43,714 bases of DNA. Source: Octopus bimaculoides (lineage: Eukaryota). Made by a program: the position numbers and the translations under genes. The DNA is taken from positions 126,103,569-126,147,282 of the forward strand of contig NC_068981.1 in NCBI RefSeq assembly GCF_001194135.2, read 5' to 3'. Under the pieces are notes generated by a model that searched no databases, was not told the DNA's origin, and worked only from the letters and a program-made list of their open reading frames with translations. Below are positions 25,160-35,512 of the stretch, piece after piece (positions within the stretch are counted from its first letter, which is position 1; each line of letters starts with the position of its first letter).

Positions 25160-26791
25160 TTTGTGCAAGGCTTTCTTCATGAGCTTGAGGAACATTGTGA
25201 TGAGAAGTTGCTGTTGTTGTTTCTTCATGGTGGTGAGGAGAGTTTTATTTGTCTGCATGGCAGCATCTATGGCATTTTTAAATTGGAGAGACTAAATCAT
25301 ATAAGGATCCCATGCTTCCGCCTTCGCTTGCAATTCCTTTGCTGTCTTTAAAAGGTCGGACAGATGTTCAATTGCCAGGCCCACCTCATCCTCTTCTTTC
25401 TTCACTGGCGGGTTTCATTAACTTCGTCTGTCAGGACTTCAGAATGGGCATCGATGAGGTCGTTGACCTCATCTTGTGTGATGTTGTCAAAACCTTAATC
25501 ACTAAGTACTTTTGCCAGTTTCACCGCATTGTTGACAGCCTCGTGCTGAATATCTTCAGGTGAGAAGGCCTCGTAGTCCTGGACACACTCTGACCACACC
25601 TTCTTCCAGCATGCGATGAGGGTTTCTTTTTCCATGTCTTTAAGAGTAGCATGGATGACTGACAGGCATGTTGCAATCGTGAAATTACACCAGTACTCCT
25701 TTAACTTGAAAATCTTATCCAAATCCATTGCATCCACAAGGTGTTGGAGAGAGTTCCAAGTGTAAAGTGCCCTGCAGGTACAGATCATACCTTGATCCAT
25801 AGGCTGGATGAGGGAGGTGGTGTTAGCAGGGAAGAACTCGACTTGAACTCCCTCGTGATACCAGCATTATCCATAACAAGCAACACCTTGAATTCCATGC
25901 AAACATTTTGGAGGCATTCCTTGGCTTGACTGATGAAGCATTGGTGGAACCAATTCAAAGTTAGACTTTTGGTAATCCAGGCTTTGAGGTTGTGCATCCA
26001 GTGGACAGGTAGCAGATTTTTATTCTTATTTTTTAAGGCCCTTGGGTTTGCGGACTTGTAGATAAGCCACATGTAATTAGCATCACCCTGTCCTTCTATG
26101 CCTTAAATGCTCGGGCTCTAGCTTTGTCCTTCATGGTGTATGTTCTGGAGGCATCTTCTTCCAGAACAACCCAATCTCGTCCATACTGAAAACCTGTTAC
26201 GGCTTGCATCCCTTGTCCTCAATGATCTACCTGAAGGTCCCGAGGTACTTTCCGGTGGCTTCTTTGTCGGCTGATGTTGTCTCTCCATGCAGGGAAACAC
26301 ACTTTATTTTAAGAAGTTTCTGGAAACGGTCAAACCATCCCTTGCTGGTTTGAAAATCTTCAGGCTCCAGTGCTGTCAATGGTCTTGGTTGTGGTTCTTC
26401 GGTGCCTTCTGCTCTGTCTCTTCAGTCAAACTGCTGGTATAATTTCCATGCTTTCTTGCAGATGATGTTACCATTCAAGAGAGTGTTTTTCTTCTTGCAG
26501 TCACTGATTCACAATGCTAAGGCAGATTCCATCCTGATGAAGTGCTTATTTCTCACTATCGTTACCTTTTTGGCACTTTCACAGAAACTTACTGCTACAG
26601 TAGTCCTGATCGCCACCTCATTCTTCTTTATGTAGCATATGGTGCTTTCGTCGACAACATAATAGCAACCTACTGCAGCATAACTTGGTCATATCCAGCA
26701 GTTGTGCCTTCTCATGGAGTGCCATAACCTTTTTCTGGCACTTAGGTTCACTGCCAGAAGCCAAAGAAGATGTAGGGCGTTTGAGCGGCAT
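25160..26791 (-). pseudogene. Tigger (TIGD1/CENP-B-like) transposase pseudogene
   Basis: MPLKRPTSS...KKVMALHEK (HTH), GWFDRF, VFSMDETGLFWK, KAWITKSLTLNWFHQCF...KVLLVMDNAG (DDE_1); many frameshifts and stops. Confidence 0.9.
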
Positions 26792-27589
26792 CTTAGGGCT
26801 TTAATAACATGCTGCGAAAAACACAGCACTCAACAAAATACTGGAGACAGCGACTGGATGCAGTTTTTCCCAAAAAAAAAAAAAAAAACCTACAAAAAAT
26901 CTTCATTGCGTCTTATATGCACATACCACGAATGGGAGATTGAGCAGAGATTAAAAATAATCAGGGTTTTGAAAAATTTAGTTTGAATTACCACTAGATA
27001 CAGTAATCTATACTACAATAATAAGAGAGAGAGATGAACCAGCAAGTAATCTAATTTCAATGAGGCTATATTAGCTCATGCCAATATATGATCAAATGTA
27101 GTGATGATTTTGAAAAAAAGGGCTGGTAGTCGCTATACTAATTAGCAAGTTTGATTGAAAGCAGGAATAAGAGATACAAGATACAGTGTACTTGTATCTA
27201 AAAAATGCCATAAAAAATTGCAGATGATATTTACAATCCCGCGAATATGTGGTGGATTCCGCGAACAATTATTAGTTCCGCGAATAACAGGGTCCACAAA
27301 TGCTGAACCATGAATAAGCAGGGGTACACTGTATATATTCTAGAACATGTGCAACCTATACTATATCAGATGCCATGAAATGGTTAAGATACTTCCTGGG
27401 CTATATAATAAAACAGAAACAAAGATTAGCTTTTTGATGGAATCCTGTAAAAATAAAAAAGATATTCATATACAGGCCCATGGAATTAGATTTATGGAGA
27501 GAAGAGAAAAAATTATACAAGAAACACATTTAGTCCTTATAACTAAATGCAATGGTATAAGTTTGTAAATGTCTTTAAAGTTCTTGAGG

Positions 27590-27675
27590 GGGAGGGTCTT
27601 TAAAAGTCAGTGCTTCGCTCTGGTTTCACAGCATTAAGTTGACTGGGAGATAAATCTCTGCCTTGATAAGGCATG
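27590..27675. repeat. Short unclassified repeat (second copy at about 20350-20440)
   Basis: ttaaaag(t/c)cag...gctctggtttca...gcattaagt...ttgataag.catg shared by both sites. Confidence 0.55.
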
Positions 27676-27825
27676 TATTGGGTTGGTGCATAATTAAAGC
27701 GGCTTTTTAAAAATAAATCTTATTCAACAAAAACAATAACAACATGTAACAAAAACATCTTTAAATGATTATTCCGGAGCATATTCACCATCTACTTCAA
27801 TTATTGCTTCCGTCATTTAAAGATG

Positions 27826-28257
27826 TTTTTACTCTTCTACTTGTTTCAGTCATTTGACTGTGATCATGCTGGAGCACCGCCTTTAGTCGAGAAAATCGAC
27901 CCCAGGACTTATTCTTTGTAAGCCTAGTACTTATTCTATCGGTCTCTTTTGCCGAACTGGTAAGTTACGGGGACATAAACACACCAGTATCGGTTGCCAA
28001 GCGATGTTGGGGGGGACAAACATAGACACACAAACACATATATATATATATTACAATTAAAAGGGTAAAGGATTATCAATTTATTAATAAATTAATAATT
28101 AATAATTTTTACCAAGTCCTTCGGTATGTAAGCACCATTATCGGTGTGGAACTTATTTAAAAGTTCTTATACATTTATAAACAAAATTAAGGGATCAGCA
28201 AACAGGTTGCTTCACCACATACCGAAGTTCAGAAATAGCAGCTAAAAATGCTGAAAC

Positions 28258-28290
<33 letters not shown>

Positions 28291-29044
28291 NNNNNNNNNN
28301 NNNNNNNNNNNNNNNNNNNNNNNNNNNNNNNNNNNNNNNNNNNNNNNNNNNNNNNNNNNNNNNNNNNNNNNNNNNNNNNNNNNNNNNNNNNNNNNNNNNN
28401 NNNNNNNNNNNNNNNNNNNNNNNNNNNNNNNNNNNNNNNNNNNNNNNNNNNNNNNNNNNNNNNNNNNNNNNNNNNNNNNNNNNNNNNNNNNNNNNNNNNN
28501 NNNNNNNNNNNNNNNNNNNNNNNNNNNNNNNNNNNNNNNNNNNNNNNNNNNNNNNNNNNNNNNNNNNNNNNNNNNNNNNNNNNNNNNNNNNNNNNNNNNN
28601 NNNNNNNNNNNNNNNNNNNNNNNNNNNNNNNNNNNNNNNNNNNNNNNNNNNNNNNNNNNNNNNNNNNAAAGGATTATCAATTTATTAATAAATTAATAAT
28701 TTTTACCAAGCCCTTCGGTATGTAAGAACCATTATTGGTGTGGAACTTATTTAAAAGTTCTTATACATTTATAAACAAAATTAAGGGATCAGCAAACAGG
28801 TTGCTTCACCACATACCGAAGTTCAGAAATAGCAGCTAAAAATGCTGAAACTGTGTGTGTATATATATATATATATATGACAGGCTTCTTTCAGTTTCCG
28901 TCTACCAAATCCATTCACAAGGCTTTGGTCAGCCCGAGGCTATAGTAGAAGACACTTGCCCAAGGTGCCACGCAGTGGGACTGAACCTGGAACCATGTGG
29001 TTCGTAAGCAAGCTACTTACCACCACACAGCCACTCCTACGCCT
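27826..29044 (-). mobile_element. SINE family B, split by a further insertion and a gap
   Basis: 3' half at about 27826-28050, 5' half at about 28879-29044. Confidence 0.85.
28291..28667. other. Assembly gap (377 N)
   Basis: N run. Confidence 1.
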
Positions 29045-29760
29045 AAATATTATTGTTTTTGTTGAATAAAATTTGTTGAAAAAAGCCGCAATAATTATGC
29101 ACCAACCCAATATCTTAGGTAACACTTTCAGAGAATCTCCTATCTATTGTGGGCTCACAATATTCAATAAAATATGGAGAAATGGCAGCCACAGAGGGTA
29201 TTATGTAATTGCTTTGCCGGCTAAAAATAGAACTTCTCCCATCTTAATAAAGGAAGGACAAAAGGTGCACCATGCCCCTGTATACACTGTCTGAAAATAA
29301 GATGAGATGCTCATGGCCAGAACACTCGAATGAGATTTGATCCGGAGCTTAACAACAACCTAGAAGAACACATTAGATCAGAGGCGTGGTTAGCTGGGTC
29401 AGCTGGCATGGGCCTAGTCTCTAATAGAAGCAAAGGGGTAACCCTTTGGTAAAATGAAAAGTTACTTATTCTTTTTAGAAATAGTTAAGATTTTATTTTC
29501 TGTAGTTGTTTGTAAGTGTCTCATATCCATTGTATGTATATGTTTATCCCCGTTACCCCTAAATAAATATCATATATTTAGCACTGGTTATTTAAGTACT
29601 TAATTTAAGTACAACGAGGCTGACAAACAAGTTTTGCGCGGACCTACGTAAAACTAACACAAATGTTTAATATAAATCGTTAACAATTCATATAATTTCA
29701 TATGAAACTTAGTCAAATGTGAATTATATACCTACTATTATGTAATAAATTATTGATTAC

Positions 29761-29775
29761 CTGGTAATTAAGCAT
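29761..29775 (-). CDS. FPGS: FPGS alternative first coding exon 1b (MLNYQ; probable cytosolic isoform)
   Basis: AAA ATG CTT AAT TAC CAG|GTAATC, phase 0, giving MLNYQ-DAIKK, like human MEYQ|DAVR (recalled). In-frame TAA at 29788-29790 upstream. Confidence 0.75.
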
Positions 29776-30556
29776 TTTTAAAATCAATTAATACTGTTGC
29801 ATTGTCGAAGGTGACGTGTTAGGATTAGCGCGCTTCACATTCAAAACAATATTGACTTCATATAAATATTCCATTAACTATTGTTCAGGTATTCCAGCCG
29901 TGACCATTACGACTTTTCCCAATGTGACTCCAAGAGCACATTATTCAACATCTGTTTTTAAGACGATAGGGTAGGATTTGACGGAGATTTGATAGCTATT
30001 TCTTGCAGGTTGAGCGCCTGAATAGATACTCATTGACTGACAGTCAAATGTTTTCATTCGCTCGTTCAATGAAATAAACATTAATTCCCTCCGAGACTAT
30101 AACTGTAGGAGGATGTCGTTAGAGAATTGTTTTTTTTTTTTTTTCTTTAAGGAACTATAAGTGTTTCAAAATTCGTTAAATGTTTTAATGATCTCTATCA
30201 AAAAGTATTTATGAAGGATTATAATCACAAATAGTAGACAAATAATGATCTCACTTAACAGGTTAGTGATAGACGTGAAGATGTGCCATGTTTTGTCTTC
30301 TCCGAAGAAGGGTGGTACCATAAACTTTGCTTTCTTCCTCCGGTTAATTTCTTCTCAATACATATCAATAACTTTTTTCTATTTATATTTTCCGAATAAT
30401 AATTAATTGTATTAAGTAATTCTAAAGTTTGTATTGAATAGTAATTTGGATAAGTTTTATAAATCATCTTAACACGTGTTAAGTAATGAATCGGAAACGG
30501 ATAGTAATACGACGGGCTTCTGCTTAGTCTTCGTCCGCTAATTTCCACAAACAAAA

Positions 30557-30775
30557 TATTCTTTTCTGCTCTAGGCACAAGGCCCGAAATTTTGAGGGAG
30601 GGGGCCCAGTCAATTAGATCGACCCTAGTACACAACTGGTACTTCATTTATGGACCCCGAAAGGATGAAAGGCAAAGTCGACCTCGGCGGAATTTGAACT
30701 CAGAACGTAAAGACAGACGAAATACCGCTAGGCATTTCACTCGGCGTGCTAACGTTTTTGCCAGTTCGCCGCCTT
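30557..30775 (-). mobile_element. SINE family C, full-length CpG-rich (young) copy
   Basis: Reverse complement aaggcggcgaactggcaaaaacgttagcacgccgag...gagttcaaattccgccgaggtcgactttgcctttcatcctttcgggg. Confidence 0.9.
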
Positions 30776-30921
30776 CCCACATACAAGATATTGATTCGTG
30801 GCTACAGCAGGAGACATCAGTCCAAGTCGCCGCGCTATGGGATCGAACCCAGTACCACGTGCGTGCAAAGCTCGCTTTTTAATTACGGAATAGGAGAGTT
30901 AAGCAAGTGATAAGTGGAATT

Positions 30922-31076
30922 GCAATGTTTTTATCAGTCTGAATATGCTTGGTGCTCGTTCGAACTGGAGGAACAAGCTACTCACTGCGCTTTATCACGG
31001 AGAATATATCTCGCTTGTTGACAAATGGTGTGTGTACACCTTTGCATCATGAATATTCGGACTGATAATAACATTG
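30922..31076. repeat. 155-bp fold-back with 25-bp inverted arms
   Basis: gcaatgtttttatcagtctgaatat (30922-30946) versus reverse complement of 31052-31076, gcaatgttattatcagtccgaatat; 23/25 match. Confidence 0.8.
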
Positions 31077-31102
31077 CTAGCTTTTTAAGTCTACGGTTAT
31101 GT

Positions 31103-31128
31103 CCGCCCCGCTCAGCGAGCAGACCAAT
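31103..31128. promoter_or_regulatory. GC box (CCGCCCC, 31103-31109) next to CCAAT (31124-31128)
   Basis: Two classic proximal-promoter motifs 15 bp apart in a CpG-containing patch between FPGS exons 1a and 1b. Confidence 0.35.
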
Positions 31129-31210
31129 GAGCAAAAGTATTTTCCAAGATTACACTATCTAATGCGATGCAGGTGATTTGGCTTCTATTTTGAGGAAAGA
31201 AAAGGAAAAA

Positions 31211-31893
31211 CGGCAGAATTCTGCTGTACGCAGGGCATATAACCCCTCATAATCTATTTCATTTTTTTTAATTTTCAGAAAACTTTTGCGAATTTGTGTT
31301 CTACACACAGGAAATCATACGAATATGCAAAAAAAAAAAATGTGTGATTTAAGTAGGTATTTAGTTTGTAGCGTACGCTTGAGGGAAATTCCTCTTCTCA
31401 CGTTGGCGCTCACGTTGAACAATACTGCAACCTAGCAGCTCACAGCGGATTCTTAACCCGCTCTAACTTTACCCATTATCTCCAGAGGTGATGTATCTCT
31501 CGCGAACGGAGCTAACGAACTACGCACTGACATACAGAGGGTTGCCGGGAGCAAACCCCATGAAATGAAAACCAAATAAACAACCATTGAATTGCATCCG
31601 CTTTGTAAGCCTCTTCGAGTTCCAGAATCTTGAGACTACAAAAAATAATTGTAATGGGAGAATGAGATGTTCCACAGGTATCAAGAACCTTCTAGTCCCA
31701 TTATAAGTTGTTATTTTCAGTACATCTCACGACCACCTCATACTGTCCTCGTTTGAAAAAGTTTTTTTTTTAATGCGTTGTCGTATGAATTTCCGCGTGT
31801 AGAACACAAATTCGCAAAAAATTTCTGAAAATTCCCCAAAAATGAAAAAGTTACGATCGGGTTATATGCCGAGCGTAAAGCAGAATTCTGCCG
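31211..31893. repeat. 683-bp fold-back (MITE-like) with ~130-bp inverted arms
   Basis: Arms 31211-31340 and 31762-31893 both begin CGGCAGAATTCTGCT and share ttttgcgaatttgtgttctacac; AAAAA on both flanks. Confidence 0.85.
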
Positions 31894-32601
31894 AAAAATC
31901 ATGCTAGTGGAGAAGGAAACGTGAAAGAGATGACGGCAGCAACAACAGTATGGTAAGGTTCCGAACTCCACATGGTACGAAAACAAAGAAAATAAAACTT
32001 CTGCAAATCGAGCAAATCTAATACTCCCCATAAAAGTATTAGAATGTGATTACTGTTTAAATTTTTAAGGAATAAAATTACATTTTACAATAACTACTAC
32101 AAACGTTGCATATGTCAACAAGGGAGCCCCATGTTGTTGTTAAACCTGCTTAAAATAGCATCAAATATCTTTAAAACTATGCCCCGCCGTCTTAAAAGTG
32201 AACGACGCAGTGGACAATGTAGTATTAGATAAACAAAAGTCGATCAAGGTTGGCCTGAGGATAATCATCAACAGCTCTACGAGTTTGTTTTAAGCCATAG
32301 GCATACTGGTCAGTTGTTGATGGACCTAATGCTAATATTTGTGCGCTGTGGTTGTATAAGGACCCCAAAACCATAATAAATGATAAAGTACTAGATGCAT
32401 GATACTGGAAGAAAAAAAGATGGGTGGCCATCACTGGAATGTTTTTGATCATGTCTGCTCCATTAGGGTCAACCTGAGTTCAGACAACAACCTCATTATG
32501 TCATAGATCTACATTACACATTTAACTAGTCAAACATCTCTCATTTCTATTGTTTACAACAATAACATTCACATCGACATAAATACAGTGTCATTACTCA
32601 C

Positions 32602-32865
32602 TTCATATGTTTTTCTGTAACTTTGTTCATGTCTTGATCCAATTTCTTTAGAAGAATCGTGTTCCATGGAGTGTGTTTTTAAACTGAATAATCGAACTGA
32701 CATGGTTGTGTAAATCCTCTGGCGGCAATACAAACAAGTAGGGGGTGTTGACACCGTGATCAACAGATGACACCAATATCTCTTTTGTTTTACTGGGGCA
32801 GTCTTCCAAAATTTGAATGCCGATTGGCCAGCCAAGTTAATTATATGGCGAGAAATTTGCTGCAT
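32602..32865 (-). CDS. FPGS: FPGS alternative first coding exon 1a, 88-aa leader (probable mitochondrial isoform)
   Basis: ORF MQQISRHII...SYRKTYE ends at GAA|GTGAGT (phase 0), giving KTYE-DAIKKLN. Residues 1-67 contain 10 K/R and no D/E. Confidence 0.8.
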
Positions 32866-32966
32866 TGAAATAATGCTTAAATATTTCTTTTATTAGTTGG
32901 TATCGAAGCGTGTTGGGTTCGACATTGGGAGATGGCATGAGACTGATAGAGTTACAAGTATAGGAC

Positions 32967-32972
32967 CACGTG
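32967..32972. promoter_or_regulatory. E-box CACGTG upstream of exon 1a
   Basis: Palindromic E-box about 100 bp upstream of the exon 1a ATG. Confidence 0.25.
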
Positions 32973-34390
32973 TAACAGCCAGCAAGTTGAAGTTTAAATT
33001 ACATCGTCGAATCGTTGCACTTACTTTGTCCATATTTGAATGCTAACTCAATTAGCATAAAAGTTGATTTTAAAAACGAGTATGGCGATTTCAGTTCATA
33101 GCAACCCTGGCTGGAAAATACGTTAGATGCGAAAAGAAATAAAAATAGCAGACTATGTATTTAACCGGTGTATTATTAATTAAGTTCCCTAGGAAATCTG
33201 CGGACCGAAAGTTGTTGACTTAAATCGTGTTTAGTTGTTTGGAAGTTCTGTGAGTAAATAGGTTAATTTATTTATTCGTTTATTTATCTATACGTATGCT
33301 TAATAATTCACCAGTATTTTACTTAACTTAAACGAAGTAAAATAGGGACTGGGAATTGAAGCTGCCTGGCGGACTTTATCAGCTTAGCCTCTTTTCCTTT
33401 ATGACTTTATTTAGTTAGGAGGGAGGGACTGTACTGATGACCAACGTCGACCTTTTGGAACTGATCAGATTGATGCGGTTGGTGTTCTACTTGAACAGTC
33501 GCAAACCAATTCCAGAGCGACGGTAACGTTTTCAGAAGGAGTTTGGGTGGAAGTGAGATGCGAGTTGCTGGTTTTGCTGTTGTGGTGATTGAAAGAGTAG
33601 AAAGGAAAGCACCTATAGGAAAAGGTAGTGTTTCGTTTTATGATCACAAAGTGAAATTAAAGTGATCTGGAACTTTATAGAAAACAATTGTCATTAAACG
33701 TCAATGAAATGAAAGGGAGCGCTTGAAAGCAAATAGTAAACATTACTTGATATAGCTGTATAATGATATAGTCTAAATGATTTATTAGGAAATGCCCAAG
33801 TGATTGTTTATAAAAGATGATTTTTTTCCAGTGATGTGAGAGAGATAGCATAGAGAGATCAGACAATACATTGAAATTTCTAATATTTATGAGCCACCAA
33901 AAAAACTACATGGTTGCTTGACATGCCAGAAATAGTAACCAAATCTGTATCAAATCATAGCCACCATCTTAAATAAAGACAGCATTGTTACTAATTCCGT
34001 TTATAAAACTTGTTGAATTTTTTATTATTTTGTATTCTTCATTTGTACTGTTTGAACACTGAGGTTGATATGTGAAACTATTATTTCTGTTATTCGTTTC
34101 AATAATAAAAAACTTTTAATGAATATTTTATATTGTTAAGGATACACCACACAAATAGAAGTACTTTATAATAGGGTGGAATGCTTTATAACAACATACT
34201 TTTAATAAAAGGAGCATTCTTTTTAAGATTACTAGTAGTTTAATCAGTTACATTTTAATTCACTATTATTGCTATGTTGCATGACCAACTGGGCAAGCTA
34301 GCTGACATGTCATCCTGATATAGATTATTCTCTCTCTCTTTCTGGGTAAGATATACGTGTGTGTGTGTGTAATATATATATATATATATA

Positions 34391-35279
34391 NNNNNNNNNN
34401 NNNNNNNNNNNNNNNNNNNNNNNNNNNNNNNNNNNNNNNNNNNNNNNNNNNNNNNNNNNNNNNNNNNNNNNNNNNNNNNNNNNNNNNNNNNNNNNNNNNN
34501 NNNNNNNNNNNNNNNNNNNNNNNNNNNNNNNNNNNNNNNNNNNNNNNNNNNNNNNNNNNNNNNNNNNNNNNNNNNNNNNNNNNNNNNNNNNNNNNNNNNN
34601 NNNNNNNNNNNNNNNNNNNNNNNNNNNNNNNNNNNNNNNNNNNNNNNNNNNNNNNNNNNNNNNNNNNNNNNNNNNNNNNNNNNNNNNNNNNNNNNNNNNN
34701 NNNNNNNNNNNNNNNNNNNNNNNNNNNNNNNNNNNNNNNNNNNNNNNNNNNNNNNNNNNNNNNNNNNNNNNNNNNNNNNNNNNNNNNNNNNNNNNNNNNN
34801 NNNNNNNNNNNNNNNNNNNNNNNNNNNNNNNNNNNNNNNNNNNNNNNNNNNNNNNNNNNNNNNNNNNNNNNNNNNNNNNNNNNNNNNNNNNNNNNNNNNN
34901 NNNNNNNNNNNNNNNNNNNNNNNNNNNNNNNNNNNNNNNNNNNNNNNNNNNNNNNNNNNNNNNNNNNNNNNNNNNNNNNNNNNNNNNNNNNNNNNNNNNN
35001 NNNNNNNNNNNNNNNNNNNNNNNNNNNNNNNNNNNNNNNNNNNNNNNNNNNNNNNNNNNNNNNNNNNNNNNNNNNNNNNNNNNNNNNNNNNNNNNNNNNN
35101 NNNNNNNNNNNNNNNNNNNNNNNNNNNNNNNNNNNNNNNNNNNNNNNNNNNNNNNNNNNNNNNNNNNNNNNNNNNNNNNNNNNNNNNNNNNNNNNNNNNN
35201 NNNNNNNNNNNNNNNNNNNNNNNNNNNNNNNNNNNNNNNNNNNNNNNNNNNNNNNNNNNNNNNNNNNNNNNNNNNNNNN
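34391..35279. other. Assembly gap (889 N)
   Basis: N run. Confidence 1.
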
Positions 35280-35503
35280 GGCACATAAAAGACACCATTT
35301 CGAGCGTGGCCGTTTTCGTGCGGGTGACACGTAAAAGCACCCACTACACTCTCTGAGTGGTTGGCGTTAGGAAGGGCATCCAGCTGTAGAAACTCTGCCA
35401 AATTAGATTGGAGCCTGGTGTTGCCATCCGGTTTCACCAGTCCTCAGTCAAATCGTCCAACCCATGCTAGCATGGAAAGCGGACGTTAAACGATGATGAT
35501 GAT
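35280..35503 (+). mobile_element. Family A copy (young)
   Basis: Near-identical to 9367-9590. Confidence 0.9.
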
Positions 35504-35512
35504 GAGATATTG

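Larger units (their letters stand above)
23696..27331 (-). mobile_element. Tigger/pogo-like DNA transposon containing a nested LINE
   Basis: TA|CAGTAGTCCTCCGATATTTGCGG at the left end and ...CCATGAATAAGCAGGGGTACACTG|TA at the right end; decayed transposase inside. Confidence 0.85.
27678..29110 (-). mobile_element. Mariner-derived deletion element with ~65-bp TIRs and nested insertions
   Basis: TA|TTGGGTTGGTGCATAATTAAAGCGGCTTTTT and AAAAAGCCGCAATAATTATGCACCAACCCAA|TA; transposase C-terminal remnant IIEVDGEYAPE* at about 27770-27810. Confidence 0.85.
2134..32865 (-). other. FPGS: FPGS gene span (folylpolyglutamate synthase): 12 common coding exons plus 2 alternative first coding exons
   Basis: Spliced translation has the P-loop [61 protein letters not shown] and C-terminal LVTGSLYLVGGVL motifs of eukaryotic FPGS. 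All introns are GT-AG with matching phases. Confidence 0.97.

Noticed and set aside
31487-31530. C/D-box snoRNA-like motifs (GTGATGT...CTGA)
   Set aside because: Imperfect C box, too short, no terminal stem.
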